Below are positions 36,458-45,437 of a stretch of 64,000 nucleotides of DNA, piece after piece. Under the pieces are notes generated by a model that saw nothing but the letters and a program-made list of their open reading frames with translations, made no database searches and had not been told where the DNA came from. A program made the translations under genes and the position numbers. The first letter of the stretch is position 1, and each line of letters begins with the position of its first letter. The DNA comes from a virus: positions 32,001 to 96,000 of IMG/VR virus record IMGVR_UViG_3300045988_084534; one strand, written 5' to 3'.

Positions 36458-38580
36458 GTATTTCTCTCCTTTTCTTCTTGTATTTTTATGCCATCTTTAA
36501 CACAATCAATATCTGCGATTAAAACAAGGTTTTTTTGCGCTCTTGAAACTGCCGTATATAATAAGTTTCGTGTTAATAATCTTGCATGGGATTTATCTGC
36601 AACTACAATTACGGCTTTAGCTTGACAACCCTGTGATGAATGCGTAGAAATTGCATATGCTAATAGCATATTCTTGATATGCGCTTTATCCACTATGCAA
36701 TCGCCGCAATCATACCGCACAATCATATATGGCTCTTTTTCATCAGGCACAATTTCCATTACTGTACCAATATCGCCATTAGCTACAAAAGCCGTATCAT
36801 CATCAACAAGCGGCATAGCATATTCATTCTTTTTATTGATTACCTTATCACCCACTTTGAAATAGATAGGCGTATCATTGACTGTATGCCCAACCTTGCT
36901 TAATTCATTTGGATTGAATTTGGCTTGAATCGCCGCATTGATAGCCAATGAGCCAACATCGCCCTTATTGAATGGAGATAGAATCAGTACATCATCCTTA
37001 CTATATCCATCCGCTAAGAGCCGCGCATATTCTTGCTCAATTTGATTGATTACTAATGTATCAGTTTTAATGAACTTATAATCTGTGAAAGTATCTGTCA
37101 GATGGTCATTTACTCCATTTCGTACATCAGTAGCTATGGTAATAATGCCAGATGTGTTATATCTGAACACCTTAGTTAAGTTGCATACAGGCACGATGCC
37201 GCTATCAAGCATATCCTCAACAATATTGCCGCAAGCAATAGATGCAAGCTGAGATGGGTCAGCTATGAAGATTATCTTGGTACGGTCTGTTACCTTATCA
37301 AATAGCATTGATAGCAAATGGACGCTAACCATACCCATCTCGTCAATTAACACATAATCGCCCAGATTGCCATCACAAGTTAAGAACATATGAATTGTAC
37401 TTGCTTCACGTCCTGTTGCTTCTCTTAGCCTCTTTGCCGCGATTCCAGTTGGGGATAATAGGGTATAAGTATAATTATTGGCTTCTAGCATCTCAATGAT
37501 TGCCTTGGTTGTTTGGCTCTTGCCCGTTCCGGCGCTTCCCGTCAGCATCATCACATCCTGCTTACAAGCCATCTCAAGAATCTGTGCCTGTTCATCTGTC
37601 AGCTCTAAGCCGTCTACGTTTGTAAACTTCTGCCAATCCATAGGATAATAATGTGGATTGGCTATTTTTTTCTTGATAACATCAGCGATATGCTGTTCAG
37701 CATTATATGTGGTTTGTAGAGCTGTATTTTGGCTAGGAGCGTCATAATGTACTTGCGCTGATTTAGTCACAACATCGAGGAGGCTACGAATACACTGAGG
37801 CGCGCGGCGTTTGACTATATCGAATAATGCCTTAGCTTGCATCCTTGTATTGCCGTTCAGCTCATTATGCTTTAAGGCATAAATAGTAGCCGCCTCGCAT
37901 CGTTCATAGCTATCAAGCCATTTTCTTGTTTTCTTAATTATCGCCTTATCAGCTCTATCAAATGACCACTCAAGCAAGTTAATCATAACAGAATATGGAT
38001 TGGTATTTATATCCTTGCTAAATCCATATACATTTTTATATGTTGCGGCGATTTTGTTTATATCCTCATCATGCTCAATACCCCAAGCATATGTTTCGCC
38101 CATAAATTCAACGCGCTTATTGATTGTCTTGATTTTATCAATATATCTTGGTAATAGCACCTTACCTACACCACGAATTTTTTTATAGTCCAGCTTGTCG
38201 GCTTCACCATTTAGTACCATACTGACAAAATGAGGATATGCGGCATGACATGATTCAGCTTGCCCATTGGTCATTAAGCTGCGTAGCGTCTGCAATTCGG
38301 CTTTTTCGGTCAAGTTGAATTTGCCATCTTTAGCCACAAATCCAGCAAAGCCAATGAATTTATAGCTGTATTTGTATTTATCGTCCACACATGGCTCTAT
38401 GATACAATCAATGGATTGCCCCATCTTTAGGTCTGCTATACCAGTTCCTTTTAGGCTGATTGTGCCATATTTAGGATGGGTTTCTATTGTTTCATCCTTA
38501 GTGCTGCATGATATAATTGAGAAATTGGATTCAGGGTTGTTGAATATCATGCGCATGGGAGTTAATTTTACTGTTTGCAT
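36433..38580 (-). CDS. RecD-like SF1 DNA helicase
   Basis: 715 aa. Walker A 'LTGSAGTGKSQT', Walker B 'YVLIDEMGMV', and C-terminal 'AYAISTHSSQGCQAKAVIVV...LLYTAVSRAQKNLVLI' (motifs V/VI). Confidence 0.8.
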   Translation of the reverse strand: MQTVKLTPMRMIFNNPESNFSIISCSTKDETIETHPKYGTISLKGTGIADLKMGQSIDCIIEPCVDDKYKYSYKFIGFAGFVAKDGKFNLTEKAELQTLRSLMTNGQAESCHAAYPHFVSMVLNGEADKLDYKKIRGVGKVLLPRYIDKIKTINKRVEFMGETYAWGIEHDEDINKIAATYKNVYGFSKDINTNPYSVMINLLEWSFDRADKAIIKKTRKWLDSYERCEAATIYALKHNELNGNTRMQAKALFDIVKRRAPQCIRSLLDVVTKSAQVHYDAPSQNTALQTTYNAEQHIADVIKKKIANPHYYPMDWQKFTNVDGLELTDEQAQILEMACKQDVMMLTGSAGTGKSQTTKAIIEMLEANNYTYTLLSPTGIAAKRLREATGREASTIHMFLTCDGNLGDYVLIDEMGMVSVHLLSMLFDKVTDRTKIIFIADPSQLASIACGNIVEDMLDSGIVPVCNLTKVFRYNTSGIITIATDVRNGVNDHLTDTFTDYKFIKTDTLVINQIEQEYARLLADGYSKDDVLILSPFNKGDVGSLAINAAIQAKFNPNELSKVGHTVNDTPIYFKVGDKVINKKNEYAMPLVDDDTAFVANGDIGTVMEIVPDEKEPYMIVRYDCGDCIVDKAHIKNMLLAYAISTHSSQGCQAKAVIVVADKSHARLLTRNLLYTAVSRAQKNLVLIADIDCVKDGIKIQEEKERNTWLKNLMS

Positions 38581-38581
38581 A

Positions 38582-39277
38582 TTATCCCTTATATTTGAAC
38601 AATTTTTCTACTTTCTTTGGTTGATTGGATTTATTGTAGTCAAGTGTTCTCGTTAATTCTTGCGACCAAATACATTCAAAATCATCTGGCGAAGATTCCT
38701 CGCTGATATATACATTACATCTCTTAGATAGCTGACACATATAATCCCAAAATTCATTCGTGTCAAATTGCCCAACTGTATATCCTGTCGTATTAGCATA
38801 AGGCGGATCACAATATACAACTGCGCCATCTGGAATTTCTACGTCATGGTAGTCAAGGCAAGTAAATGTAGCAGATTGTACTCCGGGTAAATCTTTAAGC
38901 AAACTGCGTTCTGCTCTTGCACAATAATTATCACCTCTCTTATTGCTTGCCAGACCGCCCCACCATTTGCCGCCAAATGAGCAACCAAAGCCAACAAATC
39001 CAGTCAATGCAGGATTTTCGTCCATATTAGCTTTAACACGATAATCTTCTTCTTTAGTTACAACATCAGGCGGCATCCAACCATTTTGTAATGCTTGCCA
39101 CATAGCAATAAGATATGGATGTTTGTCATTGAGAATTTTAACATCTGCTTGCACTTTTGATTCAATAGCGCATGAACCACAGAACAGACTTACAAACGAT
39201 GTGTTTTTACCGATAGCTGAATTTAATACCTCTGCAATTTGTTTAGAAATGCGGCTTTTGCCACCCATATATCGCAT
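38582..39277 (-). CDS. dam: DNA adenine methyltransferase (Dam family)
   Basis: 231 aa. 'MRYMGGKSR', SAM-binding motif 'FCGSCAIE' and catalytic 'YCDPPYANTTGY'. Confidence 0.8.
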   Translation of the reverse strand: MRYMGGKSRISKQIAEVLNSAIGKNTSFVSLFCGSCAIESKVQADVKILNDKHPYLIAMWQALQNGWMPPDVVTKEEDYRVKANMDENPALTGFVGFGCSFGGKWWGGLASNKRGDNYCARAERSLLKDLPGVQSATFTCLDYHDVEIPDGAVVYCDPPYANTTGYTVGQFDTNEFWDYMCQLSKRCNVYISEESSPDDFECIWSQELTRTLDYNKSNQPKKVEKLFKYKG

Positions 39278-39537
39278 TATTTATCCTCCTCAATTAGTAA
39301 CATATCCCACTCATCAATAATCATCTTCATCAATGCAGTTGCACCCCAAGCTGGTTCAAATCCGTGGTTATATGCGTAATAGATGTGTGCCACATTGATA
39401 AATGTAATCCAACGATACTTGCTTGCTGCCACCTTAAATTCGTTATTACCTGTTATGCTTACATTTGCTTTTAATAAGCTATTGCAGATATGACATACAG
39501 CATCAAGCCATGCTTCATAGGTCAATACGTCTTGCAT
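39277..39537 (-). CDS. hypothetical protein
   Basis: 86-aa ORF abutting its neighbours. Confidence 0.5.
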   Translation of the reverse strand: MQDVLTYEAWLDAVCHICNSLLKANVSITGNNEFKVAASKYRWITFINVAHIYYAYNHGFEPAWGATALMKMIIDEWDMLLIEEDK

Positions 39538-39786
39538 TTATGATTCCCTCCAAGCGTCATAGATTTCAATGGCTGGTTCATAGCCTTCAGTGCTGATAAT
39601 AAGCTCCCGATGAAGGTCGAGACTCAAATTGACAAGTTGCTTCAAAGAATTGATATGAATATACGTTCTGATATTTTTGCACTTATCCTGCTTTTCATCC
39701 AATTCATATTCATTGAGCACGGGATAATTCTTTCTAAGGTCATTAAGCGTGGGGTAATAGTCAGTTTGATGAATCCAGATTTTCAT
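39538..39786 (-). CDS. hypothetical protein
   Basis: 82 aa. CAGGAGG RBS, downstream of the promoter at 39820-39848. Confidence 0.5.
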   Translation of the reverse strand: MKIWIHQTDYYPTLNDLRKNYPVLNEYELDEKQDKCKNIRTYIHINSLKQLVNLSLDLHRELIISTEGYEPAIEIYDAWRES

Positions 39787-39819
39787 AATTAAAACAACCT
39801 CCTGTTCTTTGATAAATCA

Positions 39820-39848
39820 AGTATATCATAGAATCAGGAGGTTGTCAA
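39820..39848 (-). promoter_or_regulatory. sigmaA-type promoter
   Basis: Minus strand: TTGACA-17 nt-(TGa)TATACT. Confidence 0.6.
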
Positions 39849-39861
39849 TACCCTATTTTAA

Positions 39862-40116
39862 TTATTTTTCAATCATTTTCTTTAATTCTGCAAATAGCTC
39901 TCTACCGCAAATAGGGCAAGTAGAATCAATGTCAACTACATATTTTTCATCTACCATTAAGCCGCAATTTGGGCATTTAATAGGCGCATATTTTAGTGGA
40001 TGTTCAGTCCGTTTGCGGCGATTTCTTTCTGCTCTGCTCAATTTCTTCCTTCTCCTTATATTTTGCTCTGTATTCATTTCGCTTGGTTTCATCACCATCA
40101 TTCCACCATTTGACAT
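39862..40116 (-). CDS. basic zinc-ribbon protein overlapping the 3' end of the PP-loop gene
   Basis: 84 aa (start uncertain, internal Met candidates exist). 'RRRKKLSRAERNRRKR' plus 'CPNCG...CPICG'. It overlaps 40004-40116 in another frame. Confidence 0.4.
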   Translation of the reverse strand: MSNGGMMVMKPSEMNTEQNIRRRKKLSRAERNRRKRTEHPLKYAPIKCPNCGLMVDEKYVVDIDSTCPICGRELFAELKKMIEK

Positions 40117-41101
40117 TGATATAATCTAATACCTTAGCCATACCAAGTCCCTTATCAGGAATCCACATGCCAGTTTGTTCATCATATTTGCCACCGCGCA
40201 TACAATAATCATAAAGTTGTGGGTGGGTTTGAGCAAGAATTTGAAATTTATTAGGATGCTCAAGATGACAGCCATAACCGCAGAACACGCACCCAGTTCG
40301 CTTCTGTTTGGTTGTTGTATACACGCCACCCTCACATACAATATCCCCGTACACGGCGGAACAATATGGCACATTGAACTTTAGCAAATATTTAAGTACG
40401 TCGGATTTAGACCAAAAGGAGAGTGGCTTTGAAGAAGGTCTATCACCATCAAAAGCATTACATCCTGTCCGCAACCAAGCAGTCTTTCTTGTGGTTGACT
40501 CTTGAGCCATCGTTCCAATAAAAGGATGGTAGTTAGTCTGTTTCTCATAAATTTTTGCCGGGTGCTTTTTCATAATGTAACAACACTGGTTTGCTAATGG
40601 TATGTCACCATTTGTTAGATATTTCCATTTAATATTTCCCTGTCGAAAAGGATTTATCGTTCCGTCTGGATTAACGCCGTTCATTTTGTCGATACCGTAT
40701 TGACTGCCGTTTTTTGCTGAATATACAGCATAAGACAACTCCTTACTAATCAATGGGTATCCATACCGTGTGATAACTTCGGGAAATGTAATATGCTCAT
40801 ACTGCCGAGATTTACGGTTATATACAGACGGCTTGAGGACGATAACATTTGACTTACTCATAATGAACTCACGCAGTTCAGGATATTCCAAACCAGTATC
40901 GCAATATACGTCCACCACATCAGGATATATGCGATGCACAAGATGGCTCAGTACGGTGCTATCTACACCACCACTATTACTGATATACACCTTCCCATCC
41001 CAATGTTCATACCATTCAATAATTCTAGCCGTACTAATTTGGATTTTTTCTTCAAGAGATTTAGATTGCAGCTCTTTCAAATCTTCCTTTGTATGGTTCA
41101 T
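40004..41101 (-). CDS. PAPS-reductase-family PP-loop ATP pyrophosphatase (DndC-like)
   Basis: 365 aa. PP-loop 'ISNSGGVDSTVLSHL' and a Cys cluster 'TGCVFCGYGCHLE'. The start overlaps the stop of the upstream desulfurase gene by 4 nt. Confidence 0.7.
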   Translation of the reverse strand: MNHTKEDLKELQSKSLEEKIQISTARIIEWYEHWDGKVYISNSGGVDSTVLSHLVHRIYPDVVDVYCDTGLEYPELREFIMSKSNVIVLKPSVYNRKSRQYEHITFPEVITRYGYPLISKELSYAVYSAKNGSQYGIDKMNGVNPDGTINPFRQGNIKWKYLTNGDIPLANQCCYIMKKHPAKIYEKQTNYHPFIGTMAQESTTRKTAWLRTGCNAFDGDRPSSKPLSFWSKSDVLKYLLKFNVPYCSAVYGDIVCEGGVYTTTKQKRTGCVFCGYGCHLEHPNKFQILAQTHPQLYDYCMRGGKYDEQTGMWIPDKGLGMAKVLDYINVKWWNDGDETKRNEYRAKYKEKEEIEQSRKKSPQTD

Positions 41102-42195
41102 CTTACGAATTTCTCCTTATACTCAACCACAGCATTTATAAATGCATCAATATCACGTTCTGTTGTTTCATCACCAAATGACACTCTAACAACACGGCTT
41201 GCCTCATCATTGGTTAAGCCGCAAGCATTGAGCACTCTAAAATCATGTAGACTAGAACAAGCAGAGCCGCCAATTCCAATATATATCTGCTTAGATGCTA
41301 GATACTGTTGCAAGCTATCAGCGTTAATATCATCAAATATAATGGCATTGATAGCAAATACGCTATGTGCTGGTTCATTTGCATCTGACTTATCTGGTTT
41401 TAACACATTATTGATAACAGCTCCATGAATATCATTATCAGTGAATTTATCAAGCATATATCGGTATAGCTCATATGCTCTTGCCTCATGTTTCTCTGCG
41501 TTCTTACAAGTATCCTCAGTAGCATCAGCCATAGCCATAGCACCAGCTAGATTAGGTGTGCCATGCAGTTTGAAATCGCCTAGCCATTTGTCTAGTCTAT
41601 CTGAAATCCAAGCACATCCAATACCAAGCTCCGTTGCAATCTTATGCCCAGAAAAACAATAAAAATCGCACCAATCATCAATGTTTGGTTCAATGGGTGT
41701 GTGTCCAACTTGAGCCGTTCCATCACAGATATAAAACCCATTATGCTTATGAACAAGCTCTCCAATCTGCTTAGTTGGAAAAATTTCACCTGTGATATTT
41801 TGAACGGCTTGCCATAATACAAATAGCGTATCAAATCTGCTTGAAAATTCATCATGAATAGACAACGACTTGTCCAATAAGCCTACATTATTAACCACGC
41901 CTGTTTCATATTTAAAGAAGCTATCATGTTCATAAGCAGAGCAAATGACACTATAAAAAGAAGCAGTCTGGCTTCTAATAGCATTCATCAAATTCTCAAT
42001 CAACTGGCTACTTGTGCCGCCAAATACAACCTTACCACTCTTTGCGCCAATAGCTGCCTTTACTCTATTTGCACAATCATCAAGCAATTTCTGTTCCTTA
42101 TAGGCATAGTTGGCATTAGGATTAAGAAATTGACCATATTTACTACATGGATATTTGATGAATGGATTAGTTGCGGCGTAATCAAGATAAATCAA
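41098..42195 (-). CDS. cysteine desulfurase (NifS/IscS/DndA-type class V aminotransferase)
   Basis: 365 aa. PLP-lysine motif 'FSGHKI' and active-site Cys loop 'GIGGSACSS'. Confidence 0.75.
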   Translation of the reverse strand: MIYLDYAATNPFIKYPCSKYGQFLNPNANYAYKEQKLLDDCANRVKAAIGAKSGKVVFGGTSSQLIENLMNAIRSQTASFYSVICSAYEHDSFFKYETGVVNNVGLLDKSLSIHDEFSSRFDTLFVLWQAVQNITGEIFPTKQIGELVHKHNGFYICDGTAQVGHTPIEPNIDDWCDFYCFSGHKIATELGIGCAWISDRLDKWLGDFKLHGTPNLAGAMAMADATEDTCKNAEKHEARAYELYRYMLDKFTDNDIHGAVINNVLKPDKSDANEPAHSVFAINAIIFDDINADSLQQYLASKQIYIGIGGSACSSLHDFRVLNACGLTNDEASRVVRVSFGDETTERDIDAFINAVVEYKEKFVR

Positions 42196-43820
42196 TTAAA
42201 ATATTCACTCCAATCATATTCATTTTCTTTTGGTTTATCAATAATTTCATATCTCTCAATAATGGCTTGAGGCTTAATCTGTCCATTATATTCATTCAAT
42301 CCAAGCGATACTACTACTTCTATGGATTTGCCTTGAGCAGATTCAAATTGACTTGCTTCTTCATTACTAACAAAGAATTTGATGAACTCAATGTCGTCCT
42401 GAACTAGCTTAACGGTAGTTGAACGATTACGATATACATAAATCTGCGGAGATGTTAAAGTACAATGGAATAACGGCTTGCTTACATCTTTAGCCCATAG
42501 GATATTATTTTCTACACACACATTTGCAAGATTGCGTGTGATATTATTAGGCTCGATTTGAGTCGCTACTTCAATATCTGGCTCTACGTCCAAATCAAGT
42601 CCATCTAAGAATCGCGCAAATCGCTTGAGGTTTGATTTCTTGACGGTGATACCAGCTGCGGCATCATGCCCTTGACATTTAGCTAATCCTGATTCATTGA
42701 TAATCTCAAGTAAATCAATGGGGCTACGCATCGAGCCAGACCATGTTGTGCTATTTAGCTCTCTCAGCAGGAATGTAGGCTTATTATATTTACCACAGAA
42801 TTTATTGGCTACAAGCCCTAAATAGGATTTATTCTCAGGTTCGCCAAAGCCTATAATAACCTTATGAGATGTGTCAAGCCCATCTGACAGCTTATCTACG
42901 ACCTTCTTGACTTGATAATCCTGCTTGGACTTGACGGCTTTCATAGCCTTTATAGCGGCTTCTGGCTCAATTTTGCCAATCAGCGTATCAAAGAATAACC
43001 GCTTAGTAGACTGGTCATCGCTACGAGCCAGCGCATTAGCAAGAGGCGCAATGCCAAATGCCACACCCTCTGGATTAACGCCACGATTGCAACAATGCTC
43101 TAAGCAGTATTTAATAAATGGATTGGTTGGATTCGTCAAGCCGTCATATACATATTTGCGGTTCTCAAGTGAACGTAAGCTGCAAATATCAGATATTAGA
43201 CTAACTGCCACTAGGTCTTTGAAAGATTGATTTGAGCCAAGCGCACAAGCAAATTTTTCTACAACGCCTGTACCACTAATATCTATATTACAAGTATATG
43301 TGACCTTAACACCATTATAGATGCGTTCAACTAGCTCAAGTTGGTCATCTGGCATTGGTGGAATAATAACACTATTATATGGATTGACTACAACGGCGTA
43401 TTTATTTTCCCTTTTTGCAACAAATTCAATGATATGGTGGTCTAAGATAATAACCTTGATACCATGTTCATATAGTTCTCTACAAGCATCAACCTCATTC
43501 GACCCAGCATCAGGGATAATAAGCGTCTTTACATTTGCGGCAATAATATCAGATAATAGGTCACTACAACCATGCTGTTTGCCGGTGTGAAAAAACATAA
43601 TCGGCTCGATGCTTGGATGATATTCTTTACATAGCATGTAGGCAATAGCAGCCGAACAAGCCCCATCGAGGTCGGAATCAACAACAATGCCAATATTACC
43701 AGTAATATGATTAAACATATCAACAGCTACATCCATATTCTTATACATATCAGGCGATTGATATTCAATACTATCTGGATTTAGATATGCGTCAACATCA
43801 GTTAATTGGCAAGCGGCCAA
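42192..43820 (-). CDS. DHH-family phosphoesterase, RecJ-like exonuclease
   Basis: 542 aa. 'VVDSDLDGACSAA' (DHH motif I/II region), 'PDAGSN' and 'ILDHHI'. TTG start 5 nt after AAGGGA. Confidence 0.65.
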   Translation of the reverse strand: MAACQLTDVDAYLNPDSIEYQSPDMYKNMDVAVDMFNHITGNIGIVVDSDLDGACSAAIAYMLCKEYHPSIEPIMFFHTGKQHGCSDLLSDIIAANVKTLIIPDAGSNEVDACRELYEHGIKVIILDHHIIEFVAKRENKYAVVVNPYNSVIIPPMPDDQLELVERIYNGVKVTYTCNIDISGTGVVEKFACALGSNQSFKDLVAVSLISDICSLRSLENRKYVYDGLTNPTNPFIKYCLEHCCNRGVNPEGVAFGIAPLANALARSDDQSTKRLFFDTLIGKIEPEAAIKAMKAVKSKQDYQVKKVVDKLSDGLDTSHKVIIGFGEPENKSYLGLVANKFCGKYNKPTFLLRELNSTTWSGSMRSPIDLLEIINESGLAKCQGHDAAAGITVKKSNLKRFARFLDGLDLDVEPDIEVATQIEPNNITRNLANVCVENNILWAKDVSKPLFHCTLTSPQIYVYRNRSTTVKLVQDDIEFIKFFVSNEEASQFESAQGKSIEVVVSLGLNEYNGQIKPQAIIERYEIIDKPKENEYDWSEYFN

Positions 43821-43822
43821 AT

Positions 43823-43855
43823 ATTCCCTTAAAAATGTGGCTTCATTAAGGGAAT
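43823..43855 (-). promoter_or_regulatory. intergenic hairpin whose 3' arm contains the RBS of the RecJ-like gene
   Basis: Minus strand: attccctta-(loop)-taagggaat immediately before the TTG start. Confidence 0.3.
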
Positions 43856-43872
43856 CTAGTAGTGGATGAATC

Positions 43873-44109
43873 TTAATCTAAATCACCATCCTTTTTTGGC
43901 AAGTTGATGTATGCCCACTGGTCATCATCATATATTGTAGATTGATCGTAATCATATAAGCATTCCCATACATCACAATTATATTCATCTACAACCCTTT
44001 TCATAATAAACATGACTTCTTCTGGATATGTTTCTCCGCATTTACACGCTACCAAAACAGGAATATTATATGGTGGCAATCCCTCACTTGTCCTATTCCA
44101 TTCAATCAT
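43873..44109 (-). CDS. DUF551-like protein
   Basis: 78 aa: 'MIEWNRTSEGLPP...WAYINLPKKD'. Confidence 0.55.
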   Translation of the reverse strand: MIEWNRTSEGLPPYNIPVLVACKCGETYPEEVMFIMKRVVDEYNCDVWECLYDYDQSTIYDDDQWAYINLPKKDGDLD

Positions 44110-44111
44110 AT

Positions 44112-44378
44112 TTATTCACCATCCTTTTCTGGCAGATTGAAATAAGCCCACCAATCATTAGAAAAATATATTGTCCCAATGCTGCCATTTTTGTCTTGCC
44201 AATCCATCTTTTCTTCAATTTCATTCGTGCCTGTATATGGGTCATAAACCGTGACATCAACCTTTACATATCTGCTTTGCTTAATATAATGTTGCCCACT
44301 GCGCGGTCTATATGTAAGTACCCATTCATCTATTGGCGGTAAATCAGATACACCTATAACTCTATGCCATTCAATCAT
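44112..44378 (-). CDS. DUF551-like protein
   Basis: 88 aa: 'MIEWHRVIGVSDLPP...WWAYFNLPEKD'. Tandem paralogue of 43873-44109. Confidence 0.55.
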   Translation of the reverse strand: MIEWHRVIGVSDLPPIDEWVLTYRPRSGQHYIKQSRYVKVDVTVYDPYTGTNEIEEKMDWQDKNGSIGTIYFSNDWWAYFNLPEKDGE

Positions 44379-44740
44379 TCTTTTTCTCCTCCAATCTTAA
44401 ACGACCTACCTTTCTTAGCTCTAAGATAGCCAGAGCGATATGCCAAAGCAATAGCTTTAACTGTCTCATCTGCATTGAACATAGTATGGTCATGATAGTA
44501 ACATCCATACTTTAGAACATCTGCTTTGTACAATTTCGGCTCGAGCATCTTGTAGATTTCGTCATCGGTCATATCAGGGATTTCTTCATATGGCATAATA
44601 ACACTTTCCGGCATGATGATACGATAACCGTTGCCAATCTCAACATAATATCCACCAAATGCCTTGCCTCCAATACGGCCAAGCAGCAAATTTGGCGAAC
44701 TCTTAAGGACCACCATATCTCTTATTTTGAATTTACTCAT
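44375..44740 (-). CDS. hypothetical protein
   Basis: 121-aa ORF. Confidence 0.5.
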   Translation of the reverse strand: MSKFKIRDMVVLKSSPNLLLGRIGGKAFGGYYVEIGNGYRIIMPESVIMPYEEIPDMTDDEIYKMLEPKLYKADVLKYGCYYHDHTMFNADETVKAIALAYRSGYLRAKKGRSFKIGGEKE

Positions 44741-44747
44741 AATAAAA

Positions 44748-45362
44748 TCAACCTCCTCGATTTAACATTGCTTTTTCTTTTGCGCTCAATCGCCATGTTG
44801 GTGTATATTCAGTGCAAAGATGCGTTCCCTTGATTTTCTTAACGTATATTAACTTAATCTCTGTATCTAACCTCTTTGATTTATTTTGCATACCATTATG
44901 TGTCTTTGTACTACCCTTTGTTTGTCCTACATATTCCCAATTATCAGCTTTATACATACATCCTTTTCTTGTTTCGTTCTCAATGACAAATGTTTCAAAT
45001 CCATGAACACGCACATGATACTGCGCTTCCCAATCTGCGGCGATTTGTTTGCGCCACATAGCTAAAATTTGCGTACCAAGATTAGGCAAGTTCTTTTCCA
45101 ACCGAAATACAGTATTGTTAATAATTGAGTTAAGCGCGACCCTCTTATTTTCTTTTGTCAAGCCGAAATAATCATCTCTGGCTTTTACAGCATATACAGC
45201 AGATGCACCAGAAATAATCCCAACTGTCTCGCCATCCAATTTTATAAGATAATGAATTTGCTGACCAAATGTGCCATGATTCGGTATATAATGTCTATCT
45301 CTAATTTCTTGATATTCTGGATTACTACGTTTACATCTTATCAGCTCTACATTATATTTCAT
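44748..45362 (-). CDS. DUF4338 (Druantia DruA-like domain) protein
   Basis: 204 aa. 'RHYIP..G..GQQIHYLIKLDGETVGIIS....Y.VKARDDYFG', 'NNTVFRLEKNLPNLGTQIL', 'ETFV' and 'GCMYKADNWEYVGQTKG' match my recollection of the DUF4338 consensus (HYLG...RD..iGW...NsRFLi...NLaS..L...ETFVd...GtcYkAaNW..vG.T.G). Confidence 0.5.
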   Translation of the reverse strand: MKYNVELIRCKRSNPEYQEIRDRHYIPNHGTFGQQIHYLIKLDGETVGIISGASAVYAVKARDDYFGLTKENKRVALNSIINNTVFRLEKNLPNLGTQILAMWRKQIAADWEAQYHVRVHGFETFVIENETRKGCMYKADNWEYVGQTKGSTKTHNGMQNKSKRLDTEIKLIYVKKIKGTHLCTEYTPTWRLSAKEKAMLNRGG

Positions 45363-45400
45363 AAATAATAAAAATCAACCTCCTTATTATTGATATAGTG

Positions 45401-45429
45401 ATTATATCATAAAGGAGGCTGATTGTCAA
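45401..45429 (-). promoter_or_regulatory. consensus sigmaA-type promoter upstream of the DUF4338-like gene
   Basis: Minus strand: TTGACA-17 nt-(TGa)TATAAT. Confidence 0.65.
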
Positions 45430-45437
45430 GAACTATA

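Noticed and set aside
40126-40505. Alternative-frame ORFs within the PP-loop gene (40126-40374 on the minus strand, 40175-40384 and 40308-40505 on the + strand).
   Set aside because: They have no RBS and no motifs. They are fully contained in a gene with clear family signatures. Only the 39862-40116 ORF was kept, because of its zinc-ribbon and basic motifs and its extension beyond the gene end.
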